In this document: positions 20,521 to 29,215 of the stretch, one piece after another
How positions within the stretch are numbered: position 1 is the stretch's first letter
Layout: the number at the start of each line of letters is the position of its first letter
DNA from: a virus
Virus record (IMG/VR): IMGVR_UViG_3300024999_000066
Location: 1-64,000 of that record
Length of the DNA stretch: 64,000 bases
Strand: one strand, 5' to 3'
Notes under the pieces: generated by a model
Told to the model about the DNA's origin: nothing
The model's input: the letters and a program-made list of their open reading frames with translations, nothing else
Databases searched by the model: none
Program-made: the position numbers and the translations under genes

Positions 20521-20925
20521 TCATACCAGATCAGCTCCTACAATAACAGCCTTATTAATCTCCTTAGTTGAAGTTACACCATCAAGAGTAGCAGTAAACT
20601 TCACACCAACCATCTCACTGCCGCCCCAGTTCATACCATAACCCGATTCGCTACTTCCCACCTCCATCTGTGCAGCATACTTATCAAACACTACTTTAAG
20701 TTCTGCCATAAATCCTGTCATAACAGCCTCTTGATTAGCTTCTAGGATCTTTTGTGTAGCCCAAGCCTTTACACTCTCAATTGTAGTGGCAATAGCGTCA
20801 AATTCTGTTTCAAAGCCAATCTCTGTTGGATCAGCAGTGTAAATAGAGCCTGCCAACGTATCCACGCTAGTTTGTGTAGCAATTGCTTGTGTAATAACAG
20901 CTTCGAATAATGTTGTATCAGTCAT
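20521..20925 (-). CDS. Hypothetical protein
   Basis: GGAG SD; codon usage like that of neighbouring genes. Confidence 0.6.
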   Translation of the reverse strand: MTDTTLFEAVITQAIATQTSVDTLAGSIYTADPTEIGFETEFDAIATTIESVKAWATQKILEANQEAVMTGFMAELKVVFDKYAAQMEVGSSESGYGMNWGGSEMVGVKFTATLDGVTSTKEINKAVIVGADLV

Positions 20926-21245
20926 TCATTTTCTCCAAATAGCTTATTGTGTGCTTTGATAAAATCAGGATGTAGATTACCGTTTGTCCGTAGTAACATC
21001 CTATCGTACCATTCTTTGTAGCTTTGTACACCGCCCTCTTTAATTTCTGTAATGATCCAAGTTTTCCAGTGGTCAATCTCTTCCATACCAAAACCCTCAA
21101 GACGTAATGTGTCTACAGAATCATAGTTGGTTTTCCTTTGCTCTATGTTGGTTGGTCCTGTACAGTGATCATGATTACACCCTAACTTTTCAATATCTGT
21201 GAGGATATCATAAGGCTTACCGTTTCCGCAGCATACTTTCATCAA
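20922..21245 (-). CDS. Hypothetical protein
   Basis: AGGTGG SD; overlaps the next start. Confidence 0.5.
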   Translation of the reverse strand: MMKVCCGNGKPYDILTDIEKLGCNHDHCTGPTNIEQRKTNYDSVDTLRLEGFGMEEIDHWKTWIITEIKEGGVQSYKEWYDRMLLRTNGNLHPDFIKAHNKLFGENE

Positions 21246-21410
21246 TCATACCACCTATTAGTTTGACTCGTATACGGAGGAACGAAATACATGCTAGCAA
21301 ATTCCTCTGCGTTTTGTTTTGTAGAGAATTCTGCAAGCTTTTCTTTTCCGTAGAATACACGGAAAGGTTTCTTTGTGGAGTAGGTCATTTGGCAGATACG
21401 GATTTTCATA

Positions 21411-21632
21411 TTAACCCCTTTGTTTGATCATGTAAACTAATGTACCCATGATCAATGGGCCGAGGATAAACAAAAGTAACGCCGACTGACTGAAAGACAC
21501 CACAGCGGCAGCCAAAGTACCAAATTTGATGTAGGCACAAAGAGCATCAACAGCACATACGACCAAACTCAGCACCCACCACATCTTTGATATTTCCAGC
21601 ACTTCTTCAAACCACTTATAAAATTCATTCAC
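21411..21632 (-). CDS. Small membrane protein
   Basis: Two hydrophobic segments. Confidence 0.55.
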   Translation of the reverse strand: MNEFYKWFEEVLEISKMWWVLSLVVCAVDALCAYIKFGTLAAAVVSFSQSALLLFILGPLIMGTLVYMIKQRG

Positions 21633-21940
21633 TTAAACATCTCCTCAAATTCAGTCATATCTGGTTTAACAATCATATTATACACAAGCCAGATGATTAC
21701 AATCGGCCATATGATCATACAAGCAATCAGCAACAGTGTCCATAGGATTGCTGCAATGAATCCATCTGGGACATCTTCCAGGGCAAGTTTTTCTTCATAG
21801 GAGTTTTCAAGGTCTTCCAGCCAGATCTTTCTACAGACTGATGGTAGCCCTCCGAAGGGGCGGAAGAGGTTTTCTATGTAGGATTTACCCAACAAATAGC
21901 TGCAAATAGCGCATAGAAACCATGATAGGACGTACGTCAT
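21629..21940 (-). CDS. Membrane protein
   Basis: Hydrophobic segments; 'IIWPIVII'. Confidence 0.55.
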   Translation of the reverse strand: MTYVLSWFLCAICSYLLGKSYIENLFRPFGGLPSVCRKIWLEDLENSYEEKLALEDVPDGFIAAILWTLLLIACMIIWPIVIIWLVYNMIVKPDMTEFEEMFK

Positions 21941-22276
21941 TATGATTCAATCCAATCTAGGTCAGTTTGAAAGTATCCGTCGCCGATGTGGTGACCACAC
22001 TCAATATTTGCACAATACAAAATCCAAGGATCATGCTCAAATCTAGCAAGCTGTGTATTGTTAAGTTGTTCGATTACCATTGCACCACAATCCTTACAAC
22101 AGCAATCTTCAAGAACACGGGTATTAGATGGACTTTTAAATTTATTCACTTCTCTTTATTCCTCAAATGATTTCCCAAATCTATAGGCCACGTAAATAAG
22201 CACCCCAGCGACTTCCAGAATCCTGTGTCGAGAATGGCCATTGTGAATAGTGCCCCGATTAGCCAGATGATGGTCA

Positions 22277-22498
22277 TTATTCTTCCTCTCCAAAAGAAAA
22301 TATATGTTTAATATCCTCACAAGGTACACCCTGCTCAAGACAAACAGTTTTAGTACGCTCTACAATTACTTTCTGTAGTTTAGGCTTCCATACAGCCAAC
22401 ACCTTATGTACACCAGCAATATCTTCTTGAATCGACATCAAGCCAATCATACTCTCTGTGATTTGATGATGTTCTTCAAGGTAAGTCAAACGGTCCAT
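22277..22498 (-). CDS. Hypothetical protein
   Basis: AGGAG SD. Confidence 0.55.
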   Translation of the reverse strand: MDRLTYLEEHHQITESMIGLMSIQEDIAGVHKVLAVWKPKLQKVIVERTKTVCLEQGVPCEDIKHIFSFGEEE

Positions 22499-22520
22499 AT
22501 TATTCTCCTATTAAATTAAT

Positions 22521-22979
22521 TTACCACCAAAGAGACTTCCAGCGAAGTGCCAGCAGATCAAGCCCCTCTTGCACCAGTCTCTCATGTTCATGACAATCAG
22601 CATAATATCTAGCTTTCTCTTCCAGATTATCACACTCGATTGTGTATGGAACACTCATTCCTTCTTTAGCAACACCACCCGGAACTGGCACCATCGTGAG
22701 CTTAAAATCATACAAACTCATATCAGGCTCTTTGTTCTCGAAAGCATACATCATCTTCTTGATGTCGTCTAGCCAAGCTTTCACTTCTTTATCTGGAAGG
22801 GAAGCTTCTGGCTCAGAGCAATACGGCATAGGGATGCCAATGCATTTGTCTTCTTTGTAGCGTTGTTCTAGGACATCGTGGAAACGTGACAAACCGGCGT
22901 AGATTATTGGGGATAGGGTGTGGTCTAGTGAGTAGGTGTCTCGGTAAGACGCTTGCCATTTTCCACGTGTGTACCTCAT
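22521..22979 (-). CDS. Conserved hypothetical phage protein
   Basis: 'DTYSLDHTLSPII...L..F...W...I.KM.YAF...EGL.L....W..LWW'. Confidence 0.65.
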   Translation of the reverse strand: MRYTRGKWQASYRDTYSLDHTLSPIIYAGLSRFHDVLEQRYKEDKCIGIPMPYCSEPEASLPDKEVKAWLDDIKKMMYAFENKEPDMSLYDFKLTMVPVPGGVAKEGMSVPYTIECDNLEEKARYYADCHEHERLVQEGLDLLALRWKSLWW

Positions 22980-23275
22980 TCAACACCTCCATAATAATCT
23001 TTGACTTGTTGAATACTCATGGGTATATGCAATGCATCACTCCAGAATGATTCTTTATATGTCTCAAACGTTATTACACCCTTCTGTTTATAGTAGTCAG
23101 ACTTATCTGTATCTTTTATGTACAAACCATAGAGGTTATCTACTTCATACTGCGCAAGTGTGTTAACTGTGCTACCTCCCCTCCAAGCATGTCCATTCTT
23201 GAACAATATATCAAGCACTTCTAGACATTCTTTGGTGGAGCTACACCTTACCTTTACACCACTAAGCCTTACCAT
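22976..23275 (-). CDS. Hypothetical protein (first gene of the leftward operon)
   Basis: AAGGAGG SD. Confidence 0.65.
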   Translation of the reverse strand: MVRLSGVKVRCSSTKECLEVLDILFKNGHAWRGGSTVNTLAQYEVDNLYGLYIKDTDKSDYYKQKGVITFETYKESFWSDALHIPMSIQQVKDYYGGVE

Positions 23276-23402
23276 TTCAAACCTCCTTCTCTAAGTGATG
23301 CAATCATTCTCGCACGTCTTGTTGTGGAAAGCAAGCGGATTGCTAAAAGAATTTAGATTTGGTTAGGTTGATTTGGAATAGGGATTATTTTGGTAGATAG
23401 GG

Positions 23403-23431
23403 TTGACAGGATGCTGCGGCTTAGCTATAGT
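23403..23431 (+). promoter_or_regulatory. sigma70-type promoter
   Basis: TTGACA-17 nt-TATAGT. Confidence 0.75.
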
Positions 23432-23492
23432 TGAATTTACGTAAGGCTAAAGCCTAGCACCAAATACAATGATAATAAAGCAGATCAAAAGC

Positions 23493-23521
23493 TTGACATT
23501 CGGTTGTTGATGCTTTAAGAT
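23493..23521 (+). promoter_or_regulatory. sigma70-type promoter
   Basis: TTGACA-17 nt-TAAGAT. Confidence 0.7.
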
Positions 23522-23720
23522 TGATCCTTAAGTTTTGTTTTTCTTTTGTGTTTGGTTTCATGTTTTTCTCTTTCTTTCACCACCTTTAGGTGTGTGCTGT
23601 TCCAAAGAGCTTGGAATGAAAATCTCTACAAGCCACGTTCTATAAGGGCTGTAGGAATTTAACCTTTAAAAGAAGAATTGATATACAAGAGCTAAGCCGT
23701 GATATAAATAGGAGACTAGA

Positions 23721-24995
23721 TTGAAGATTAAAGTTTACGATGCAATGATGGGTAGTGGTAAGACTACAAAGCTGATTGAAGATATTTCTGTACTACCAGC
23801 AGATTCGAATGTAATTTACATTACACCTCTACTATCAGAGTGCCATCGTGTTGCTGGTACATCTTATGATGAAGAGGATGAATACAAGCGGCCTATTGTG
23901 CAATACCAAGACACACAGGATGGGATTGAAGAATATATCTATGATCCAAAGCATATCTTGTGCAATCGTCGCTTTAGGCATCCAAGCTTGTCTGAAGGCA
24001 GTAAGATGGAAACCTTGCTGTTCCAAGTAAAGAACGGTTGTAACGTTGTGGCTACGCATTCTTTGTTTCGTGCAATCAACCCAAAGGTAGTGGCTGAAAT
24101 TAAGAATCAAGGCTATATTCTTGTACTGGATGAAGTGCTATCCATCTATGAGACATTTGATGAGCTTAAATTGGATGAAGTTGAGCAGCTTTTCAAGAAT
24201 GAAATCCTTTCCATTGAAAAAGATGGCCTAACCCTAGCCTTCAACAAGATCAAGTTTGGAGAGACAGAAAACACACGGTATCAGGAGATTGCTGACCTCT
24301 GTGAAATGAAGCAACTGATGCTGGTGGATGGTAAGGTAGTTATTTGGGAATTCCCAATCTCTGCACTCCAAGCATTCAGTGAAGTTTGGATTGGTACGTA
24401 TTTGTTTGATGGTAGTCAGATGGCAGCCTATCTTAAATCTCATGGTATTGAGTATCAGATGAATAAGTTTGGTAAGAAGCCTTCCGAGATTAAACATCTT
24501 ATCAAGATTGAAGAATCTCCGTTGCTGAATAAGGTTGGTGATGCAAAAGGTAGTTTGAGTTATCAGTCTACTGCTGTTAAGAAGACACACAATGAACAAC
24601 TACGTAAGAACCTAAATACTTTCTTTCGTGCAAAGAACAAAACAAAGATTCCTGATCGGTTGTGGACAATCTACAAACCAGCTTCTCGTGAAGTTAGTGC
24701 GGGGCGATTTTCAGGCTCTTGGTTAGCATACGGTACAAAGGCTACTAACGATTGGAAAGATACTTGGTGTGTTGCATATTTGATTAATCTGTATGTTAAT
24801 CCTATGATTATGAAATTGCTCGCACAGAAAGAATCCAATATGGATCAGACGTTGTATGCTTTGTCCGAGATGGTTCAGTTCATTTGGCGTAGTCGGATTC
24901 GTGATGGGAAGGAAATTTCACTTTACATCCCTAGTAAGCGCATGCGAGAATTACTGAAAGAGTGGCTTAATGATGAATATGAGGAGAAAGTATGA
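23721..24995 (+). CDS. SF2/DEAD-like P-loop helicase-related protein
   Basis: Walker A 'MGSGKTT', Walker B 'LVLDEV', motif VI-like 'QFIWRSRIR'; AGGAG SD with TTG start. Confidence 0.7.
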   Translation: MKIKVYDAMMGSGKTTKLIEDISVLPADSNVIYITPLLSECHRVAGTSYDEEDEYKRPIVQYQDTQDGIEEYIYDPKHILCNRRFRHPSLSEGSKMETLLFQVKNGCNVVATHSLFRAINPKVVAEIKNQGYILVLDEVLSIYETFDELKLDEVEQLFKNEILSIEKDGLTLAFNKIKFGETENTRYQEIADLCEMKQLMLVDGKVVIWEFPISALQAFSEVWIGTYLFDGSQMAAYLKSHGIEYQMNKFGKKPSEIKHLIKIEESPLLNKVGDAKGSLSYQSTAVKKTHNEQLRKNLNTFFRAKNKTKIPDRLWTIYKPASREVSAGRFSGSWLAYGTKATNDWKDTWCVAYLINLYVNPMIMKLLAQKESNMDQTLYALSEMVQFIWRSRIRDGKEISLYIPSKRMRELLKEWLNDEYEEKV

Positions 24996-25170
24996 ACAGC
25001 ACAGAACTTAAAACAGAAATAACCCTAGCAATTGAAGATTCTCAGGCTTTGAAATTGTTAATCTATGATCTTCTGAAAAATAAACTTCAATTGATTGAAC
25101 CTGCCGATGGTGGAGGATGGAGAACTTTACAGAAAGAAGAGATTCTTGAGCGGGTTGGTTGGAGTAAGAA

Positions 25171-25632
25171 ATGAAACTACTTAAAGACTGGCTGCTAGCA
25201 CTAAGTGTTTGCCGTAAATACAATATCAAATGGAATCCGTTTCACTGGATGAAAGGTGCAGAATGCGTTTATAGCTTTGACGACTACAGTAAGAAGATTC
25301 TAATCAACCCTTTCTATCCCAAGTTCATTGACAGCTTTATGCACGAGGTGGGACATCTACGCCGTTGGGATAAAATTTACAAATGTTGTGTTGAGTTTAA
25401 ATTGAGATACCCTAACACTGCGTTACCAGCCGTTCCAAACTTTCATCTGAAGACTAGTTGCATTCTGAAAGAGGAGTATATAGCTTGGAAGTATTCTAAA
25501 AGATTCTTGAAAGAGAGGTTTGATAAGAAACGAGCTAAATTATTCTTTAAAACCTACTATCGTCGGGCAGTAAAAGAGACTTCTATGGTGGTTGCAACGA
25601 ATAGATATTATGCTTTTGATAGGAATATTTAA
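25171..25632 (+). CDS. Hypothetical protein with HExxH metallopeptidase-like motif
   Basis: 'FMHEVGH' followed by 'EEYIAW'. Confidence 0.55.
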   Translation: MKLLKDWLLALSVCRKYNIKWNPFHWMKGAECVYSFDDYSKKILINPFYPKFIDSFMHEVGHLRRWDKIYKCCVEFKLRYPNTALPAVPNFHLKTSCILKEEYIAWKYSKRFLKERFDKKRAKLFFKTYYRRAVKETSMVVATNRYYAFDRNI

Positions 25633-25634
25633 AA

Positions 25635-25904
25635 GTGAAATACAAATTCCACGAAAAACCGGAGCCACTAGAAGTCAGTCAGTGGCCTGATAACTGCTTT
25701 GATAACACATTACAATATACCAAGGAGTTGTGTTGGATCTGCAAGCATACTGGCAAGGATTTCAATAAGTTCAAAGTTGATGATGAGACACTTGGAGAAC
25801 CTGTAATGTTTTATTCAGGGAAGTATATGGGATACATGGATTCTCTTTTCTATTACGCATTTGATCTTGATGATTGGGATATGTATTGGGATTTTGATAA
25901 TTAG
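25635..25904 (+). CDS. Hypothetical protein
   Basis: ORF in operon. Confidence 0.5.
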   Translation: MKYKFHEKPEPLEVSQWPDNCFDNTLQYTKELCWICKHTGKDFNKFKVDDETLGEPVMFYSGKYMGYMDSLFYYAFDLDDWDMYWDFDN

Positions 25905-25987
25905 ATATTTATTTTCATAAACTATTGACAAACGGACTTGCGATAGTTTACTCTTCACTTATAAATTTAATTAAGAGGAAATATAAT

Positions 25988-26194
25988 GTGAAATGCAGAT
26001 GCTGCAATATTGAGATGCTTTGGCGTGAATTCAGGATGCTGCAAGATGATGGGTCTGAAGAAGACATGTGTTCCAGTTGCCTGAACATCGTCTATTATCC
26101 AGAATATTGTGAGCCTCCACATTACGCTTTTTCCGATATAACTGAGATGGCTGTTCCTTTCATTGTAACTCCACCAAAGAAAGTTGAATATTAG
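25988..26194 (+). CDS. Small Zn-finger-like protein
   Basis: GAGG SD, GTG start; CxCC...CxxC. Confidence 0.55.
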   Translation: MKCRCCNIEMLWREFRMLQDDGSEEDMCSSCLNIVYYPEYCEPPHYAFSDITEMAVPFIVTPPKKVEY

Positions 26195-26261
26195 CTTGAC
26201 AACGTTATATTATTACTTTAATATATTATGACCGTGGGTTAACGGTAATTTTATATATCTA

Positions 26262-26336
26262 GCGGATATAACTCAGAGGCAGAGTGTCAGCCTTCCAAGC
26301 TGTTCGTCGGGATTTCGAAATTCCCTATCCGCTCCA
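26262..26336 (+). tRNA. tRNA-Gly (anticodon TCC)
   Basis: Acceptor GCGGATA/TATCCGC, D-arm ACTC/GAGT, anticodon loop CTTCCAA, T-loop TTCGAAA, encoded CCA; T-stem closing pair is non-canonical. Confidence 0.9.
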
Positions 26337-26384
26337 GTTTCACCCCAACACGAAGAATCAATTCTAGAAAGTTGGGTTTCTCCC

Positions 26385-26507
26385 GCTGGCTCATCTCTCC
26401 TTCCAGCACTTAAGCGTGTAGAGTTTCTCCTCCTTTATTGCGCTATTGACCTTGAGCAACTTGTTAACTGCCTCTCCTCAGAATAACGAGTTACACCAAC
26501 AGGGTCA
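26385..26507 (+). ncRNA. Three tandem hairpins with UCUCCU (anti-SD) loops; candidate sRNA
   Basis: Stems GCTGG/CCAGC, AGCGTGTAGAG/CTTTATTGCGCT, TGACCTTG..AACTTGTTA/TAACGAGTT..CAGGGTCA; G-U pairs favour the + strand. Confidence 0.55.
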
Positions 26508-26585
26508 TTTCTAAATAATCTTGTAACTCTTCAGTTATAATGCCAGTAAGCTGGTCAGGATTATTTAGAAAGTATTATTTCTCAT

Positions 26586-26671
26586 GTGTTCTAATAGCTT
26601 AATTCAGGTCGCTCCTGATTGGAAGAGCAAGCATATGAGGCTAGTGTAAGTTCGAATCTTACTTAGTTCAC
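26586..26671 (+). ncRNA. Degenerate tRNA-like element
   Basis: T-arm GTAAG-TTCGAAT-CTTAC; D-stem GCTT/GAGC with an inserted hairpin; short anticodon stem; no CCA. Confidence 0.4.
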
Positions 26672-26705
26672 AGCAGAAATATTATTTATAAATAGGTAAA
26701 CACAA

Positions 26706-27122
26706 ATGGCTGGTCCAACTAAAGACAAGCAAACAGCAGCACAGAAAGCTCATCGTTTTGATGGCGAGAAAAGCAATCGTAACACTAAGGGCAATTCCAA
26801 GGTTCGTATCAATAAATCAAAATTGCGTGTTCTTGCAGAGAAGCTGCTTGAGCGTCAAGATATTGCATTAGAGTTGGTCGATAAGAGTCTTGCCGGAAAA
26901 GAAACTAATCCAGAAAGTACTGCCAGTGCTAAATGGGTGCTCAACTCAATCGTCAGTGTGATCAAAGCAGCCTCTGCTGAAGAGCTTGGATCGTTCAATG
27001 CTCGTCTCAAAGGTAAGCGTGATGATGAACCTGAAGAACAAACTCCTGCGGAAATCAGCAAAGAATTGAAGCCACGTCTTAGTCTGGTCTACGTTGACCC
27101 AGAGGACCAAGACGACGAATGA
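26706..27122 (+). CDS. Putative terminase small subunit
   Basis: Basic N-terminus 'RFDGEKSNRNTKG', helical core, short beta/acidic C-terminus; upstream of terL. Confidence 0.45.
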   Translation: MAGPTKDKQTAAQKAHRFDGEKSNRNTKGNSKVRINKSKLRVLAEKLLERQDIALELVDKSLAGKETNPESTASAKWVLNSIVSVIKAASAEELGSFNARLKGKRDDEPEEQTPAEISKELKPRLSLVYVDPEDQDDE

Positions 27123-27264
27123 TGTAACCCATAAGTCACATATACTAAACATTATCTTCTAAATGTTATATTTAGTGGACAATATATGGGAATTATACTA
27201 GATTATTTGAATTACTATAATCGGTCTATAGTCGTCTATAATTATATATATATATATAAAAGAA

Positions 27265-27691
27265 TTTACAGGGCACAGCGGAGAATCTAAGACGCTGATC
27301 CGGCAAGATTGGAAGGCTTGTTCCTTTGTTAAGCTGACGAAGGATAACGGTGCATAATTCCCAGTGGGCATGTTGGTATGGAATGACCTTAAAATGGTCT
27401 GAGTTGGTTCGACTCCAACCCCCTTGGGTGAAGATGAAGTGAGTACATCCCCTGTAAACCTAACTAAGCTTCGGCCTAGTATCTTCAAGTAAGTCCTAGT
27501 TCCTTGAAGAAAGCTTACTAAACCAACTAGTAAGTGTAATACCATTTCATGAAGAACAATACTTTCAACGTTTGTTGAAACCTTAGTGGATGGTGAAATG
27601 TCTACCCGAAAGGGCGTGGAGAGACTGAGTAAATCTTGTGCTCAGAGAGTTGTCAGGTCAGGTTAAGATTGTGGACGCTGACACAAGTATT
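27265..27691 (+). ncRNA. Large multi-domain structured RNA candidate with embedded tRNA-like module
   Basis: Long-range helices 27265-73/27450-58 and 27558-64/27685-91; more than 10 internal hairpins including cUUCGg and GAAA tetraloops; no credible ORF. Confidence 0.6.
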
Positions 27692-27757
27692 TTATAAACC
27701 ATATTAGAAGTGTGGTTGTGATAAAGCATTCCAAACAACAAATATTAAAGGAATGTA

Positions 27758-28600
27758 ATGAGTGTATACAAGCTACAAACTACAAGTTGGATTAACTTAT
27801 CTACCTTATCTTCAATTGATATAACACTCAGCAGCGTAAAAGTTACAAATCTTAGTAGTGGTACTATATATGTAACAAGATCAGCAACTATTCCAGAACC
27901 TTCGTTTGTAGGTAATCAAGTCTTCCCAAAAGAGACTAGCTCTATTACCAAGGACACACTTCAAACTTGGATTAGGGCGCCATACCTTGGTGCTATTGAC
28001 GTTGAGCCTCTGCTTTCCAATTCCATAGAACCATTTACATCGGTAGACCTACCCTCTGATGTGTGGACATCGGTGAGAGAGGGTTATAGACGGCTTAGGG
28101 TTGATTCAGCACAGACAGGATTCTTTGAGGGAAGGGAGTTTCGCACTTTTAAGGAGCTTAGCATTTCCTCTGGTGCAACTTTGGTGATGAGAATCACAGT
28201 CCCTGTAAATACGATCCTACAGAATGTTAGGCTTTCCTTAGATGCGGGGTCTATCAAACTGCGTACTGTAGTTGGTGGGACTCCAACGGGGGTGTTTGGT
28301 GAAACTCTGCCAACCATCTCTAAAAATACAATGACCGGTGGAGTATTTCCTGCACCACCTATTCCGTTGTATGTTGCTCAGAACACAATTATGTCTGGTG
28401 CAACAGCTTTAACAGGCGGGGTTGACATTGACGTCATCCGCATTGTTGTAGCTAACGCAAGCGGTCAAGCACAGTCAGTGGGTGCAGCGGTAGATGATTC
28501 TCGTGGTGTGGGCCCAGGAACTTACTATTGGATTTTCAATAACTTTGGTTCAGGGACTGCTACAGGTGTGTTCTCAAGTTTTTGGGAAGAGCGTCCTTAA
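27758..28600 (+). CDS. Probable virion structural protein (beta-rich)
   Basis: AAGGA SD; Ser/Thr/Gly/Val-rich; located in the morphogenesis region. Confidence 0.55.
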   Translation: MSVYKLQTTSWINLSTLSSIDITLSSVKVTNLSSGTIYVTRSATIPEPSFVGNQVFPKETSSITKDTLQTWIRAPYLGAIDVEPLLSNSIEPFTSVDLPSDVWTSVREGYRRLRVDSAQTGFFEGREFRTFKELSISSGATLVMRITVPVNTILQNVRLSLDAGSIKLRTVVGGTPTGVFGETLPTISKNTMTGGVFPAPPIPLYVAQNTIMSGATALTGGVDIDVIRIVVANASGQAQSVGAAVDDSRGVGPGTYYWIFNNFGSGTATGVFSSFWEERP

Positions 28601-28671
28601 GTAATTCTGAGAGGCTATTAAAGGATTAGTAGCTTCATATTGAAATTATTTTAAGTTTATTTTGTAAATAC

Positions 28672-28701
28672 TTGACAGAATGACTTTCAGTTTGATATAG
28701 T
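28672..28701 (+). promoter_or_regulatory. sigma70-type promoter
   Basis: TTGACA-18 nt-TATAGT with TGn extension. Confidence 0.6.
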
Positions 28702-28736
28702 TCATCCTCAAGTTTAAGAACTAAGGAGAATTTATT

Positions 28737-29099
28737 GTGAATGAATATAAAGTACTAGTTACAGGTAATGATAGCATTGGCTACAGCTTCATGAAAAATG
28801 TGATTGAGCTGGCCAGTATGGGCGCTACTCTTGAAGAAGGCAAGGTGCCTACAATGCGCTTCCCTTTCTCAGCTTGGATGTATCTCCAGACTGATGAGCT
28901 TATGGAAAGTAAACCAGGGTTTCAGTTCCAGATTATGCAAGAGAACTTTACTAAAGAGCAACTTGATGATATGGATTGGTCAGAATTCAAAGCTGTAGTA
29001 AAGAAAAAGTATGGCATCACAGGTCGTGATCGTACACTTCTTACCAATCAGTATTTGAAAGCAAGTGGTCAAGTAGAATCTTCCAAGGAAGAAAAATAA
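28737..29099 (+). CDS. Hypothetical protein
   Basis: AAGGAG SD, GTG start. Confidence 0.65.
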   Translation: MNEYKVLVTGNDSIGYSFMKNVIELASMGATLEEGKVPTMRFPFSAWMYLQTDELMESKPGFQFQIMQENFTKEQLDDMDWSEFKAVVKKKYGITGRDRTLLTNQYLKASGQVESSKEEK

Positions 29100-29215
29100 C
29101 AAGTTGTGTAAACGGCCTCTGTTATAAAAGAATTCGGTGAACTGTAATACCAAACATGAGGCTGTCTTGACGGCTGGTGAGGTGAGGCACCGTTTTACTT
29201 TGAGAATTAATTGTT

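Noticed and set aside
23478-23492. AAGCAGATCAAAAGC resembling Pseudomonas REP-flanking sequence
   Set aside because: Single short match with no REP palindrome
27335-27342. CTGACGA resembling the hammerhead ribozyme core
   Set aside because: It is the 3' arm of a simple hairpin, and no GAAA follows a stem II; the same applies to the copy at 4633
27198-27545. 115-aa minus-strand ORF over the structured RNA
   Set aside because: No convincing SD, atypical composition, opposite to the local transcription direction; G-U pairing favours a + strand RNA
29108-29198. Possible structured leader before the HNH gene (GTAAACGG/CCGTTTTAC; GGCCTC/GAGGCT; TGTAATACCA shared with 27535)
   Set aside because: Short, competing pairings and no recognisable riboswitch; cannot be distinguished from chance without homologs
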